Shown: positions 1-8,317 of the stretch, piece after piece
Layout of the letters: each line of letters begins with the position of its first letter
Numbering within the stretch: position 1 is the first letter of the stretch
Virus record (IMG/VR): IMGVR_UViG_3300032295_001243
Location: 1 to 36,346 of that record
Reading direction: 5' to 3' (one strand)
Source of the DNA: a virus
Taxonomy: Duplodnaviria; Caudoviricetes
Length of the DNA: 36,346 nt
The notes under the pieces: model-generated
Database searches by the model: none
Seen by the model: the letters and a program-made list of their open reading frames with translations, nothing else
What the model was told of the DNA's origin: nothing
Translations under genes and position numbers: made by a program

Positions 1-13
1 ATGAGTCCGCCAC
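1..13. repeat. Terminal direct repeat ATGAGTCCGCCAC (left copy); candidate cos cohesive end
   Basis: Bases 1-13 are identical to 36334-36346; lies just upstream of terS. Confidence 0.9.
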
Positions 14-192
14 CGCGTGAGGCTTGCTTAGTATAGGGTTCCCATGCGGGGCATGCCACTACAAGCTCGTTTCGCCCCTGTCTAGTGTCACGATTGCCAA
101 CGGTGACAAAACGCGCTAGAAACGCCATTACAGCGCAAACAAACGGCATTCCAAGAAGCGCAATGGCGGCGGTGTTGTTCATATAATCGCAA

Positions 193-693
193 TTACTTTG
201 CGTTTGCAATCTTGTTGTATAACTCCACAATAGGCTTTAGCTGCTCTGCGACTGCCACGCGCTGCATCTCATCCCATTGGTCGGGCGGCGTTTGCTTTGT
301 CATCTCGGAGAAGTAGCCCGTGAGTTTTCCCGTCCATGCAATCCACTGAGGCATGGCTGACTTCATCGGCTTCTCTGTCGGCTCGCTTTGGTCTTCGCTT
401 GTCATGCCGAGCAAGGTAAAGAAGCGATGGTCAATCGCATTGTCTGGTCGCTTGCGGTATGTCGCCTCAATCGAAAGGTAAGCCGCGATCTGCTTGTGCG
501 TAATCGTCGGGCAATTGTCACGAAGCCATGCGATGCGCACGCCTTTGGAGATTTCGCGCAGGTGTCCGCCAATCTCAACGCTCGCTTGCATCGCTTGATT
601 TACGGCATCCGTTGCGCCTTGCACGGATTGCAAGACTGTTTCATGAAGCGCATTGATACGCTCTGCTGTTGCTGTGGTAAGTTCGGTGTTCAT
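193..693 (-). CDS. DUF3102-like phage protein
   Basis: Helical N-terminus 'AERINALHE...EIGGHLRE...WLRDNC..I..KQIAAYL' resembles DUF3102; ATGA overlap with upstream gene. Confidence 0.55.
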   Translation of the reverse strand: MNTELTTATAERINALHETVLQSVQGATDAVNQAMQASVEIGGHLREISKGVRIAWLRDNCPTITHKQIAAYLSIEATYRKRPDNAIDHRFFTLLGMTSEDQSEPTEKPMKSAMPQWIAWTGKLTGYFSEMTKQTPPDQWDEMQRVAVAEQLKPIVELYNKIANAK

Positions 694-1040
694 TTCATGT
701 ATGTTGATGGTGGTATCTGAGCCGCTTTGCAGAACTCAGTTGCGGCGTTGGAAATTGTGGCGCGGCTGACTCGCATCGACGCTGCGACTTCGCTCATTGA
801 TTTACCAGCGCAATAAGGATGACCAAGAGCAAACATCACGCCCCATGCTTTGACTTGGCTTTCCATCGTCCAAGCAACCGCTAAGTGCATGACGCGCATC
901 ATCGCCAGTGCCGCTTCCCTATAAACATGCGGGTGCGTTTCGGCAATGTCAGCAACCGATTGTGCTTGCCAATCAGCAAAGGCTTGTGCGTCTGCGTTGT
1001 TCATGTAAAAGCGTTTAAGATTTTTTTCGTGAGTTGGCAA
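690..1040 (-). CDS. HTH DNA-binding protein (sigma-region-4-like HTH at C-terminus); start uncertain
   Basis: 'GKSMSEVAASMRVSRATISNAA' helix-turn-helix pattern. Confidence 0.6.
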   Translation of the reverse strand: MPTHEKNLKRFYMNNADAQAFADWQAQSVADIAETHPHVYREAALAMMRVMHLAVAWTMESQVKAWGVMFALGHPYCAGKSMSEVAASMRVSRATISNAATEFCKAAQIPPSTYMK

Positions 1041-1068
1041 GGAAAAAGTTTGCGTAGGAGGTAAGTCA

Positions 1069-1098
1069 ATTTTACCGAAGCAAATCCGCGCATGTCAA
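1069..1098 (-). promoter_or_regulatory. Sigma70-like promoter TTGACA-N18-TAAAAT
   Basis: Intergenic, near-consensus boxes upstream of the HTH gene. Confidence 0.6.
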
Positions 1099-1105
1099 GG
1101 GTAAA

Positions 1106-1288
1106 TCAATCGGTGCGCATATTTTGCTGGATTGCTGGCATTTCCCGCGCTTTTCTCGCCTTTACGCAGGATGGCACAAGCATCAGGAAAAGGATTGTAG
1201 CGACCAGCAAGATGGCAGGCAGCACGATAAAGATGCCGCATCCGATTTTCACGCCGTCCCAGATGGTGATTGATTTCTGTTGATTCAT
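1106..1288 (-). CDS. Small membrane protein
   Basis: Hydrophobic stretch 'IGCGIFIVLPAILLVATILFLMLV'; fits the gene tiling. Confidence 0.6.
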   Translation of the reverse strand: MNQQKSITIWDGVKIGCGIFIVLPAILLVATILFLMLVPSCVKARKAREMPAIQQNMRTD

Positions 1289-1860
1289 AAAACGGAAAAT
1301 GCTCCTGCTAATTTTGGCAGTTTTTTGTTTTTAGCTTTCGATCTTGTTCCAATTGATCGAATCTCTAAAATCACATCATCAATATCGTTGCTGGATGGCG
1401 CATTATAAAATCCCATTTCACGCTCAATCAAAATCCACCCGTAATCGCATTCTGCGCATTCCTCAAAAAAGAAATACATTTCAGACATCGCATCTTCGCT
1501 TAGCTTTCCCTTAACAAAGGACGCAATAAAAGGCATGATGATCTTTGCATCTCGCCTTAACAATGCCGCGTCTAATCCCTCAGAGAATAAATGCACTCCA
1601 TCTGGAATGTCATATTTTGCTCTTATTTTCTTCTTTAGAGAATTAATGATTTCGTCACTGCGTTCGTTTTGCGCATTTTCCGGCACGTCTATCATCAGCT
1701 TGGCCCATTCAGATGTTTCATGATCTCCGTAAAAATCATAAATTTCCTGCTGCGCATTTGCTATTCGCGTCAGCCTATCCTCAATCTGCGCAATGGCGAT
1801 TGCGATTTCAGTTTTTGTAAGCTCTCGATGATCCTGATTGGTTTCGGTTGTGGTTTCCAT
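1285..1860 (-). CDS. Hypothetical protein (AT-rich)
   Basis: 191-aa ORF in the minus-strand gene train; no motif recognised. Confidence 0.6.
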   Translation of the reverse strand: METTTETNQDHRELTKTEIAIAIAQIEDRLTRIANAQQEIYDFYGDHETSEWAKLMIDVPENAQNERSDEIINSLKKKIRAKYDIPDGVHLFSEGLDAALLRRDAKIIMPFIASFVKGKLSEDAMSEMYFFFEECAECDYGWILIEREMGFYNAPSSNDIDDVILEIRSIGTRSKAKNKKLPKLAGAFSVL

Positions 1861-2867
1861 TCTTTTAGTTCCTCTCCTTCGTTGTGTTCGTATTCTGGTT
1901 GTTTGTCTGTTGATTGCGATTGAATTTCTCTTGATTGGGTGGATTCGACCTTGCCTTGCAAGTCATAAATCTCCTTGTCGTAAATCGATCCATGAAAAAC
2001 GCCGTTGCCAGCAAGGTCTAAAATCGTGCATTCGATCTTGCCTTTAGCATTTCGCGTGCCTCTGCCTATCATCTGCTTCCATAGGCACCTGCTGTGCGTG
2101 TATCGGTTTAAGACTACCAAGTCCACAGAAGGAACGTCGACGCCCTCTGTGAATATCGTGTGATTGCAAATGACCTTGATTGATCCTTTTGTGAATCGCC
2201 TAAAAATTGATTCCCTTAGTAATTGATCGGTATTTCCGTTTATGCTTGCTGACTTGATTCCTAGATGCGTCAGTATTTTTGCTAATTCTTGCGCCTCTGC
2301 TACTGACCTGCAAAACACAATCCCTTTTGTAAAATTGCATTGCGCTATTTTTGCAGCGGCTGCGCATGGAGTCCACGCTGCTGATTTTTCAGATCTTGGA
2401 ATGTAAACCCTGACCTTGCAAAGTGATCCGTCATTTGTGAGATCATAAGTGTCTGGACCGTGTATGATTTGCGAGAATCCGCACGATCCTAGGCCTACTC
2501 CATCCAGTCTGTATGGCGTTGCGGTTAATGCGATGATTTTTGCGCTCGGGTATGATTGAATAATTTTACGATATTGGGAGGCGGCCACATGATGCCCTTC
2601 GTCGATAATGACTGAATCGAAATCGCCAATCACTTCGCCTTGCGCCATGAATACACTGATTCCAGATCCGTATGATCTCGCCTGCCTTGCAAGCTCCTTC
2701 CGGTGCGTCACCCATGCGATAGAGCCTTGCAATCTCGGGATGATGCCGTGCATCGCTATGACTGTTTTTCCGCTTCCTGTTGGGCAGGCGAGAACAACAC
2801 GCGTATGCGAATGCAGCGCGTCGATGACTTGATCGGACAAAGATTGTTGGTAGTCTCGTAGCTTCAT
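1770..2867 (-). CDS. Superfamily 2 DEAD/DEAH-box helicase (ResIII/RadD-like)
   Basis: Q motif LRDYQ, Walker A PTGSGKT, DEGHH, LTATP, EGVDVP, QMIGRGTR. Confidence 0.93.
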   Translation of the reverse strand: MKLRDYQQSLSDQVIDALHSHTRVVLACPTGSGKTVIAMHGIIPRLQGSIAWVTHRKELARQARSYGSGISVFMAQGEVIGDFDSVIIDEGHHVAASQYRKIIQSYPSAKIIALTATPYRLDGVGLGSCGFSQIIHGPDTYDLTNDGSLCKVRVYIPRSEKSAAWTPCAAAAKIAQCNFTKGIVFCRSVAEAQELAKILTHLGIKSASINGNTDQLLRESIFRRFTKGSIKVICNHTIFTEGVDVPSVDLVVLNRYTHSRCLWKQMIGRGTRNAKGKIECTILDLAGNGVFHGSIYDKEIYDLQGKVESTQSREIQSQSTDKQPEYEHNEGEELKEWKPQPKPIRIIESLQKLKSQSPLRRLRIG

Positions 2868-2935
2868 ATTCGTTTGATTTATTCACCTCCCCCCAGCGCA
2901 CCAAATCTTCGCACCGGAGGGAGGCACTATGCACC

Positions 2936-3187
2936 CTAATCATCACTCGACGGTGGGTAAATCTCCGCATTCCGTATCTCCGCGCAACTGGCAAACGGCT
3001 TAATATCTGCCGCTGCGTAAGTAGCATCCTCTGCCGTGCAGAATCCGATCTTGCACCCGCATTCGGAGCTAACCTCAATTCCGTGTTTATCGCATAGGTC
3101 TGCAACTGCCGCAAGGAAAGCGGTCATGCGTTGGTGTGGGGTCATGGCGTGTTGTTCATCCGTCCTCGGTGTTGGTTCTGTTTTCAT
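2936..3187 (-). CDS. Hypothetical protein
   Basis: 83-aa ORF; 'TPRTD' N-terminus typical of small early phage ORFs; overlaps upstream stop. Confidence 0.6.
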   Translation of the reverse strand: MKTEPTPRTDEQHAMTPHQRMTAFLAAVADLCDKHGIEVSSECGCKIGFCTAEDATYAAADIKPFASCAEIRNAEIYPPSSDD

Positions 3188-3342
3188 AATTTCTCAATGG
3201 TTAGCTTGTATCTGTTGCCGTCTGCGTCCGTGACAAGAATCACGTTGTCGCTGTCGGCGGATTCTGAGGCTGATTCGATGGTTGCTTGTGCAAATTCGCA
3301 TAGCACCTCGATAATGTCGGCTCGTATGTCGGTGATGTTCAT
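3184..3342 (-). CDS. Hypothetical protein (start re-called at MNITDI)
   Basis: ATG at 3342 avoids overlap with the upstream ORF. Confidence 0.55.
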   Translation of the reverse strand: MNITDIRADIIEVLCEFAQATIESASESADSDNVILVTDADGNRYKLTIEKL

Positions 3343-3383
3343 GGCTTGATTGCGCGTATTCAGCCGCGCCCCTGATTTTGGTT

Positions 3384-3578
3384 TTAGGCGAGATTTGCAG
3401 CGAGCCACGATTCCATCCACGCCTTCATGATTGGCAAACTAGCTCCCATTTGTTTGTTTTCGTGTTGGTCAATCAGGCTCATGAGGTTGCTGTCATGGCA
3501 GGGAATGCATTTTTTGCCAGATTTGAAAGCGATGGTTCCAAGGACTGCGGCGGTGACGATTGCGGTTTCAGTTTTCAT
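3384..3578 (-). CDS. Hypothetical protein (start re-called at MKTETA)
   Basis: First ATG after the promoter at 3604-3631, A-rich leader. Confidence 0.55.
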   Translation of the reverse strand: MKTETAIVTAAVLGTIAFKSGKKCIPCHDSNLMSLIDQHENKQMGASLPIMKAWMESWLAANLA

Positions 3579-3603
3579 ATTGTTTATTTCTGGTGACGCG
3601 CTC

Positions 3604-3683
3604 ATCATAACGAAAACGCGTCCGTAATCAAGATTTATTTTGCGAAAATCGAAAAAAGTTTTCTAGCCTTTATTTATCAAGGC
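3604..3683 (-). promoter_or_regulatory. Composite early promoter: TTGATT-N16-TATGAT, 14-bp operator at 3611-3624, upstream ATCAAGG box at 3676
   Basis: Same layout recurs at 10559 and 13880. Confidence 0.7.
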
Positions 3684-3867
3684 TTCTAGGCTCCCATTTT
3701 TTTGGCGGATAGTCGTCTGTAATCAGATTTTCGCACTCGAAAGCGACAATCAGCGGCGGTGCGATTATGCTTTCGCTGCCATTCCTAGGCGCGATTCGCC
3801 GCAAGCATGTCTCGCATTCTTCCCATTCCGCGCCGTTGCAACGGGCAATGTCGTTTGGTAGATTCAT
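3670..3867 (-). CDS. Small Cys-rich protein
   Basis: 'DIARC...CETCLRR...C' pattern; ATGA coupling. Confidence 0.6.
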   Translation of the reverse strand: MNLPNDIARCNGAEWEECETCLRRIAPRNGSESIIAPPLIVAFECENLITDDYPPKKWEPRSLDK

Positions 3868-4157
3868 GGCTCGCTGATGACATAGACTGCGCACCCGTCA
3901 CGCCGTCCGATTTGTTTGATTTTGCCCATGGCTTTTAGCTCGGTGATGCGTCCACTGATTGCGTTCATGCCGCATCCGTGCCGCTCTGCAATTTCCTTGC
4001 AAGTTGCGCCATCACTTTCAGGCTTCCAGCCTTTAGCGAGCTTGATTGTTGCAAGCACTTGCAGTTGCCGCAAGGTTAGTAGTTGCATGATGCCATCAAA
4101 CGCCTCATTACTCTGCGCGTTTCCGCCGTGTTTGTTTTTGGTGATGTCTGTTTTCAT
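3864..4157 (-). CDS. Winged-helix DNA-binding protein (LexA N-domain-like)
   Basis: 'LTLRQLQVLATIK...ATCKEIAERHG..NAISGRITELKAMGKI'. Confidence 0.7.
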   Translation of the reverse strand: MKTDITKNKHGGNAQSNEAFDGIMQLLTLRQLQVLATIKLAKGWKPESDGATCKEIAERHGCGMNAISGRITELKAMGKIKQIGRRDGCAVYVISEP

Positions 4158-4855
4158 TTTGTGTGTGTTGTTTGTTTTCTGTAGGATTGCCAGTTGCATT
4201 GGTAGATTCTCCCTGATTCTCGTATGCGGTCATTCACAGCATCGCTAAGTTGCCCCGCTAGCTGTTCAACGCTAAGGTTTGCAATCAGGATTGTGGGGCG
4301 CTTTTGACGATACCGCTTGTCGATGATGGTTGTCAACTTCCCATCCTCAAACTTCGTTTCGCCTCGCACCTGCAATTCGTCGATGATAAGCAATGAGGCG
4401 TTTTCGTATGCGCTCATTTTTTCCCATTCCGATGCGGTTGCTTTTGGTGAGTAAGTCGAGCGCAATTCGATAAATACCTCCATTGCGGTGCGATAAATCG
4501 CGGGACGGATAACGGGAACATGCTTCATTGCCCACTGATGGCGCGGAATCGTGATGTTTCGCATCTTGGTTTGCTTTGCTATCTCATGCGCCATGCGCCC
4601 CTTGCCAGCGCCATGATTGCCCACTAGCGCAACAATGCCGCCATTTTCCACATGCTTCATCGCATCGGCAAACGTGGCGAGCCATTGCGCCCCGTGTGGC
4701 GGCGGTTCGTCGTCGTATAGCGTAGGGAAGCCGTCAAAGGTGTCGATTGCGTAACTTGGAATCTCAGCGATTGGCGCTTGCGTTTCGCCGTCTAGGGCGA
4801 TTCCGTCCTCTGCCGCTTCGATGAGCTTGTCTAATGCTGCTGTAATGTCACTCAT
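4154..4855 (-). CDS. DnaC/IstB-like AAA+ helicase loader
   Basis: Walker A GNHGAGKG, Walker B LLIIDE, 'IIDKRY..KRPTILIANL', 'DRIRE'; follows the initiator. Confidence 0.88.
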   Translation of the reverse strand: MSDITAALDKLIEAAEDGIALDGETQAPIAEIPSYAIDTFDGFPTLYDDEPPPHGAQWLATFADAMKHVENGGIVALVGNHGAGKGRMAHEIAKQTKMRNITIPRHQWAMKHVPVIRPAIYRTAMEVFIELRSTYSPKATASEWEKMSAYENASLLIIDELQVRGETKFEDGKLTTIIDKRYRQKRPTILIANLSVEQLAGQLSDAVNDRIRESGRIYQCNWQSYRKQTTHTK

Positions 4856-5660
4856 TGGTTTCTGGTAGTTTGAAGATTAAAGAGTCGTCGAATTTGATGT
4901 TTTCGCGCTTTGCGTTCGGGTTGCGGTCTGCAATAGAGTTTCCGCCGCTGGCATTATCAGCCTCTGGCAAGTTTTCCCATTGCATATTACGCACCCATTT
5001 TTCAATTCCTTCACAATAGCCCGTTTTCCATTTGTTCGATGCGTTCCATGACGCAAGCGCATTTTTAACCGTTTCCATGGCTGGCTTGTTTTTGGCGGCG
5101 AGTTTGCGCCATGCGTCCGCTAGCTTTGGCTTGCTGCTTCTTTCCCTCCCCTGCTTGGGGCATGATTCCCAAATGAGCTTCAGAATCTCGCTGTCGTCCG
5201 ATGAAATCGGACAAGTAATCTCCTTCCCTTCCCCTTCCATGTTCCCTTCCCTTCCCTTCCCTTCCGCTTTCCCCGCGTGCCTGACGCGTGCCTGACGCGT
5301 GCCTGACGCGTGGCAAATGCTTATTTCATCAGGTATTGGAAGCTCAGAGGGTCTTTCTCTGTTGTTTATCACCTGATGCGTGTTGAAAGACGGGATGCAC
5401 CCAAAATCACCCGATTCTGTCGCGTATTTCAAAATGAAATCACGCGTCCACAACGCGTCAAGCACGCGTGAAAAGTCGCAAGAATCATACGGCATGATTT
5501 GCGTTTTTAGACGGCGCGGCTCCCACTTGAAACGACCTTCGCGATCTGCCGCGCACCATAGCCCGATGAAGGCGAGGCGCAACGGCAGCTTGGTTTCATG
5601 CTCGGCATCGTAAATGCCCTCATGGTTGAAAAATTCAGGTTTAACTGTTCGGATTCTCAT
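4848..5660 (-). CDS. Phage replication initiator (lambda O-analogue)
   Basis: 'MRIRTVKPEFF...LAFIGLWCAADREGRF' N-domain, internal iterons, EGKGREG linker, upstream of DnaC-like. Confidence 0.85.
   Translation of the reverse strand: MRIRTVKPEFFNHEGIYDAEHETKLPLRLAFIGLWCAADREGRFKWEPRRLKTQIMPYDSCDFSRVLDALWTRDFILKYATESGDFGCIPSFNTHQVINNRERPSELPIPDEISICHASGTRQARVRHAGKAEGKGREGNMEGEGKEITCPISSDDSEILKLIWESCPKQGRERSSKPKLADAWRKLAAKNKPAMETVKNALASWNASNKWKTGYCEGIEKWVRNMQWENLPEADNASGGNSIADRNPNAKRENIKFDDSLIFKLPETNE
5221..5469. repeat. Putative replication origin: CGCGTGCCTGA x3.5 (5274-5312), three ACGCGT at 11-bp period (5442-5469), CTTCC tract (5221-5265)
   Basis: Directly visible repeats inside the initiator gene. 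Confidence 0.75.
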
Positions 5661-5733
5661 AAAATAAAAAGCCCTTAACTCTACCAAGCGTGAACCCCGC
5701 AGAACGATCGCGGCACTTGGCAGAATTAAAGGC
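5661..5733 (-). terminator. Leader terminator/attenuator: 20-bp stem (with G-U pairs) plus U-tract directly before the initiator ATG
   Basis: GCCTTTAATTCTGCCAAGTG pairs with CGCTTGGTAGAGTTAAGGGC, then TTTTTATTTT. Confidence 0.75.
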
Positions 5734-5791
5734 TGTTTGTTTGAAGTTCATTTCTCTTACTCGGGTTCAGTCGAGGTCTTGCGACAAGGCG

Positions 5792-5819
5792 AGAGTATCA
5801 CACTCCGCGCCATTGTCAA
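5792..5819 (-). promoter_or_regulatory. Sigma70-like promoter TTGACA-N16-TACTCT with extended -10 TG
   Basis: Intergenic, upstream of the structured leader of the initiator. Confidence 0.7.
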
Positions 5820-5862
5820 TCTTGCTTAGTAAATATGCGGTGTAACTTGTCTTTTCTGCGAT

Positions 5863-6159
5863 TTATTTCATCAACTTCGACAAATACTCCACGCCCTTTT
5901 TGGTCGTCTTGTAGTTGTTCCGCTCGTGGCTTCCGTTCTTCCCTTTGACGCGCTGCCATTGCTTTTCGAGTAGCCCTTGCGCGATGTATTCGTGGAATCG
6001 AATCGACTTCTTTGGAGTCATGTTCGCCTTGTCGCGGATCTCTTTGCGCGTTTGCCATTTGCCGTGCGCCGCCATGAGTATTTTGATCTTTATCATTTCC
6101 TTGGCGGTTGGCTTCATGTTTCGCAACAGGCGCAAAACGTCTTGGATTCTGTCGGTCAT
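5863..6159 (-). CDS. Winged-helix protein
   Basis: 'TRKEIRDKANM...YIAQGLLEK...YKTTKKGVEYL'. Confidence 0.65.
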   Translation of the reverse strand: MTDRIQDVLRLLRNMKPTAKEMIKIKILMAAHGKWQTRKEIRDKANMTPKKSIRFHEYIAQGLLEKQWQRVKGKNGSHERNNYKTTKKGVEYLSKLMK

Positions 6160-6503
6160 GATGCCTCCTTTCTTTTGATTCGCTCGCTGATTTTCGCAAG
6201 CTCGCTTTGTAGCTTCGTGATGACCGCTTGCCCCGTTGTCGTGATGCGGTAAATCTGCAACGGCTTATTGTTCGCCGCCCTTGTCCCGTAAGGGCAATTC
6301 ATGCTTACGATGTAACCAGCGGCAAGCAACTTCTGCCGATGCGTCTTGTAGCGGTCGCCTTTTATGCACTCGCCGTGCGAGAGATTGTATAGCGACAAGA
6401 GCGTGGTGCAAGTGACCGATGAACCCGCCCGTCTTGCGACTTCCCGCGCAACTGGCAGTTTTCTCACGGCGCTGAGTTGCTTTAGAATTTCGTATGGGGT
6501 CAT
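6156..6503 (-). CDS. Winged-helix-like protein
   Basis: 'KLLAAGYI...YRITTTGQAVI' wing motif. Confidence 0.55.
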   Translation of the reverse strand: MTPYEILKQLSAVRKLPVAREVARRAGSSVTCTTLLSLYNLSHGECIKGDRYKTHRQKLLAAGYIVSMNCPYGTRAANNKPLQIYRITTTGQAVITKLQSELAKISERIKRKEAS

Positions 6504-6940
6504 GGCTGCCGTGTTCCGTAGGTTGCAATCAAAAGCGCATCAGCCGTGGCGTGAGTGACTTTCAATTGCGGGTATAGTTCCTGTGCTTTGCGCTTGGTGA
6601 CGTTTTTTTCGCCTTTAGACATGCATCCCATGGCTTTCTGCCAGACTTGCGGTCGGACGCGCTCAAACGGTATGCCCGCCGCCGTGAGCGCCATTTCCAA
6701 GTGACCGTAGCCGTTGCCAAAGCTGAAAGCGGAGACAACGCCCATTTGCGGCGATGAATGCACTTGCTCTAGGTATGCTTTGCATTCTTCGTTGCAGATG
6801 CGATAATGACCGCCACGTATTGCGTCGATGATCTCCCAAAGGTCTTTTAGCGTATCAGGCATTTTTTCAACGCATGGTTTTCCATCTGAAATCCACGCGA
6901 TGCCGCCGTTCTTGCCTGGGTCAATTCCGATTGTAATCAT
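6500..6940 (-). CDS. RuvC-like Holliday junction resolvase
   Basis: IGIDPG, YLEQV, FSFG, V.PQ.WQK, ADALLIA. Confidence 0.88.
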   Translation of the reverse strand: MITIGIDPGKNGGIAWISDGKPCVEKMPDTLKDLWEIIDAIRGGHYRICNEECKAYLEQVHSSPQMGVVSAFSFGNGYGHLEMALTAAGIPFERVRPQVWQKAMGCMSKGEKNVTKRKAQELYPQLKVTHATADALLIATYGTRQP

Positions 6941-7635
6941 AACTCCCCCTTTCCATAAATGCTCTGCCAAGTGACAGGCGCGTATTTCTGCGGCGACTTG
7001 TTCAGCATCGCGTCCTTGTATTCCTGCAACCATCGCTCCCAATTATCGCGTAGGTCTTTCTCTGCGTCATCTAGCGCGGCGGATAGCGACTCCGTGTAGC
7101 TGTCTGGCGTTACTTCGATGACGTTGAAATCCAGCGGCCATGCCTCGGGGCAATAGTTGACGTAAAGCCAGCACGGCAGCCCTGTAACGTCAAGCGAGCC
7201 ATGCACTTGCGGCTTGTTCTCCGTTGGCAACTTCCCGCCGTTGATGATCGCAAGATGCTTTTCGAGCTTGTAGCATTTGATTTCCACGCCGCCAATCGGC
7301 TTGTCATTGTGGTAAATCAGCCCGTCAGGTGACGCGCCACGGATGGCGCCGTCTTTGATGCACAAGCCAGCGGTGCGAATGTCAAAGCCAGTTTCGTCAA
7401 TCAGGCGTTGCAATGCAATAGGCTCAAGCTCATGCCCTCGGTCAGTCCATTCGTTGCCAGAAAAGCCTGGCACTTCGAATTCGGTGGCGATAGCGAGCCT
7501 GCGCAAATACATTTCGCGCTGTTCGCTGGTCTTGCCCGTGCCAGTGTAAATCTTGGCAAACTCGCTAGCTGTTGGGCGAACCGTGCGCCATTTGTGCCAT
7601 TCGGCGCTTCCTTGGTCTAGGTTGAGGATTTTCAT
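6937..7635 (-). CDS. YqaJ/lambda-exonuclease family 5'-3' exonuclease
   Basis: 'QGSAEWHKWR..PTASE', 'RGHELEP', 'GASPDGL', 'EIKC'. Confidence 0.9.
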   Translation of the reverse strand: MKILNLDQGSAEWHKWRTVRPTASEFAKIYTGTGKTSEQREMYLRRLAIATEFEVPGFSGNEWTDRGHELEPIALQRLIDETGFDIRTAGLCIKDGAIRGASPDGLIYHNDKPIGGVEIKCYKLEKHLAIINGGKLPTENKPQVHGSLDVTGLPCWLYVNYCPEAWPLDFNVIEVTPDSYTESLSAALDDAEKDLRDNWERWLQEYKDAMLNKSPQKYAPVTWQSIYGKGEL

Positions 7636-7955
7636 TGTTTTTTCAATATCAAAAGTTTCGACAATTCATCCGCCATTGCGCCGTATGCAATTGCCGCTCC
7701 AAGTGCTTTTTGTCCGCTTTCAAGCAAAAGATATTCTTCCTCATCCTTGAATTTTTGCACTGTGTCTTCTAGTTTTCTGACAACTTCAACGCATCGCATC
7801 GTTGCAGCAATTAGTCCACTTTCTCCCCAAAGCTCGCTGTCAGGATGCCCGTCTAGCGCAATTCTAAGATGTTCTTCGACTCGTTCTTGAGAGCATCCGT
7901 GCATTCTTTTTATACCGGACGGGTCTGCGTATTTTTCTTTATCTGTCATTTTCAT
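7632..7955 (-). CDS. Hypothetical protein
   Basis: 107-aa ORF coupled on both sides. Confidence 0.6.
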   Translation of the reverse strand: MKMTDKEKYADPSGIKRMHGCSQERVEEHLRIALDGHPDSELWGESGLIAATMRCVEVVRKLEDTVQKFKDEEEYLLLESGQKALGAAIAYGAMADELSKLLILKKQ

Positions 7956-8317
7956 ACGGCTTCGATGTGGAATTCAATACTGCCAAAATACTGCGTGCCT
8001 AGCCATTCATTATCGGTTGCGTCCCAATATCGTATCTGGCGATTAGGCAATATGCCGCTGTCATAGCCCTTAAATTTGCCCCTGCCAACCCACCGTGATT
8101 TACCTTTCGGCAACTCAGGCAGCGGAAACATCTCGGCAGGTATCTCAACCTCGCGCAAGGTCGGGTCGCTGTTAGCTTTTAGCGCATCGCATAAGAGTTG
8201 CATTGCGTCAATGTCGCAGTCGTGCGCAAGCGTGATGCTTGTCACTACGTCCGCGCCGTCTGCGTCCACGATGTAGTTTTGCGGGTATTGCCCCGCGATT
8301 CGGAAAGGCGGTTTCAT
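7952..8317 (-). CDS. Hypothetical protein
   Basis: 121-aa ORF coupled on both sides. Confidence 0.6.
   Translation of the reverse strand: MKPPFRIAGQYPQNYIVDADGADVVTSITLAHDCDIDAMQLLCDALKANSDPTLREVEIPAEMFPLPELPKGKSRWVGRGKFKGYDSGILPNRQIRYWDATDNEWLGTQYFGSIEFHIEAV

Noticed and set aside
1-182. 70-codon minus-strand ORF (MNNTAAIALLG...) running across the end junction to a stop at 36303
   Set aside because: It spans the putative cos site and has no recognisable motif; possible but unsupported
1040-1069. TTGACT 23 nt before the start here and before terS (36301-36306)
   Set aside because: Only two cases and one start is uncertain
5274-5312. Tandem repeat as a mini-CRISPR array
   Set aside because: 11-bp units with no spacers and no cas genes; fits iterons
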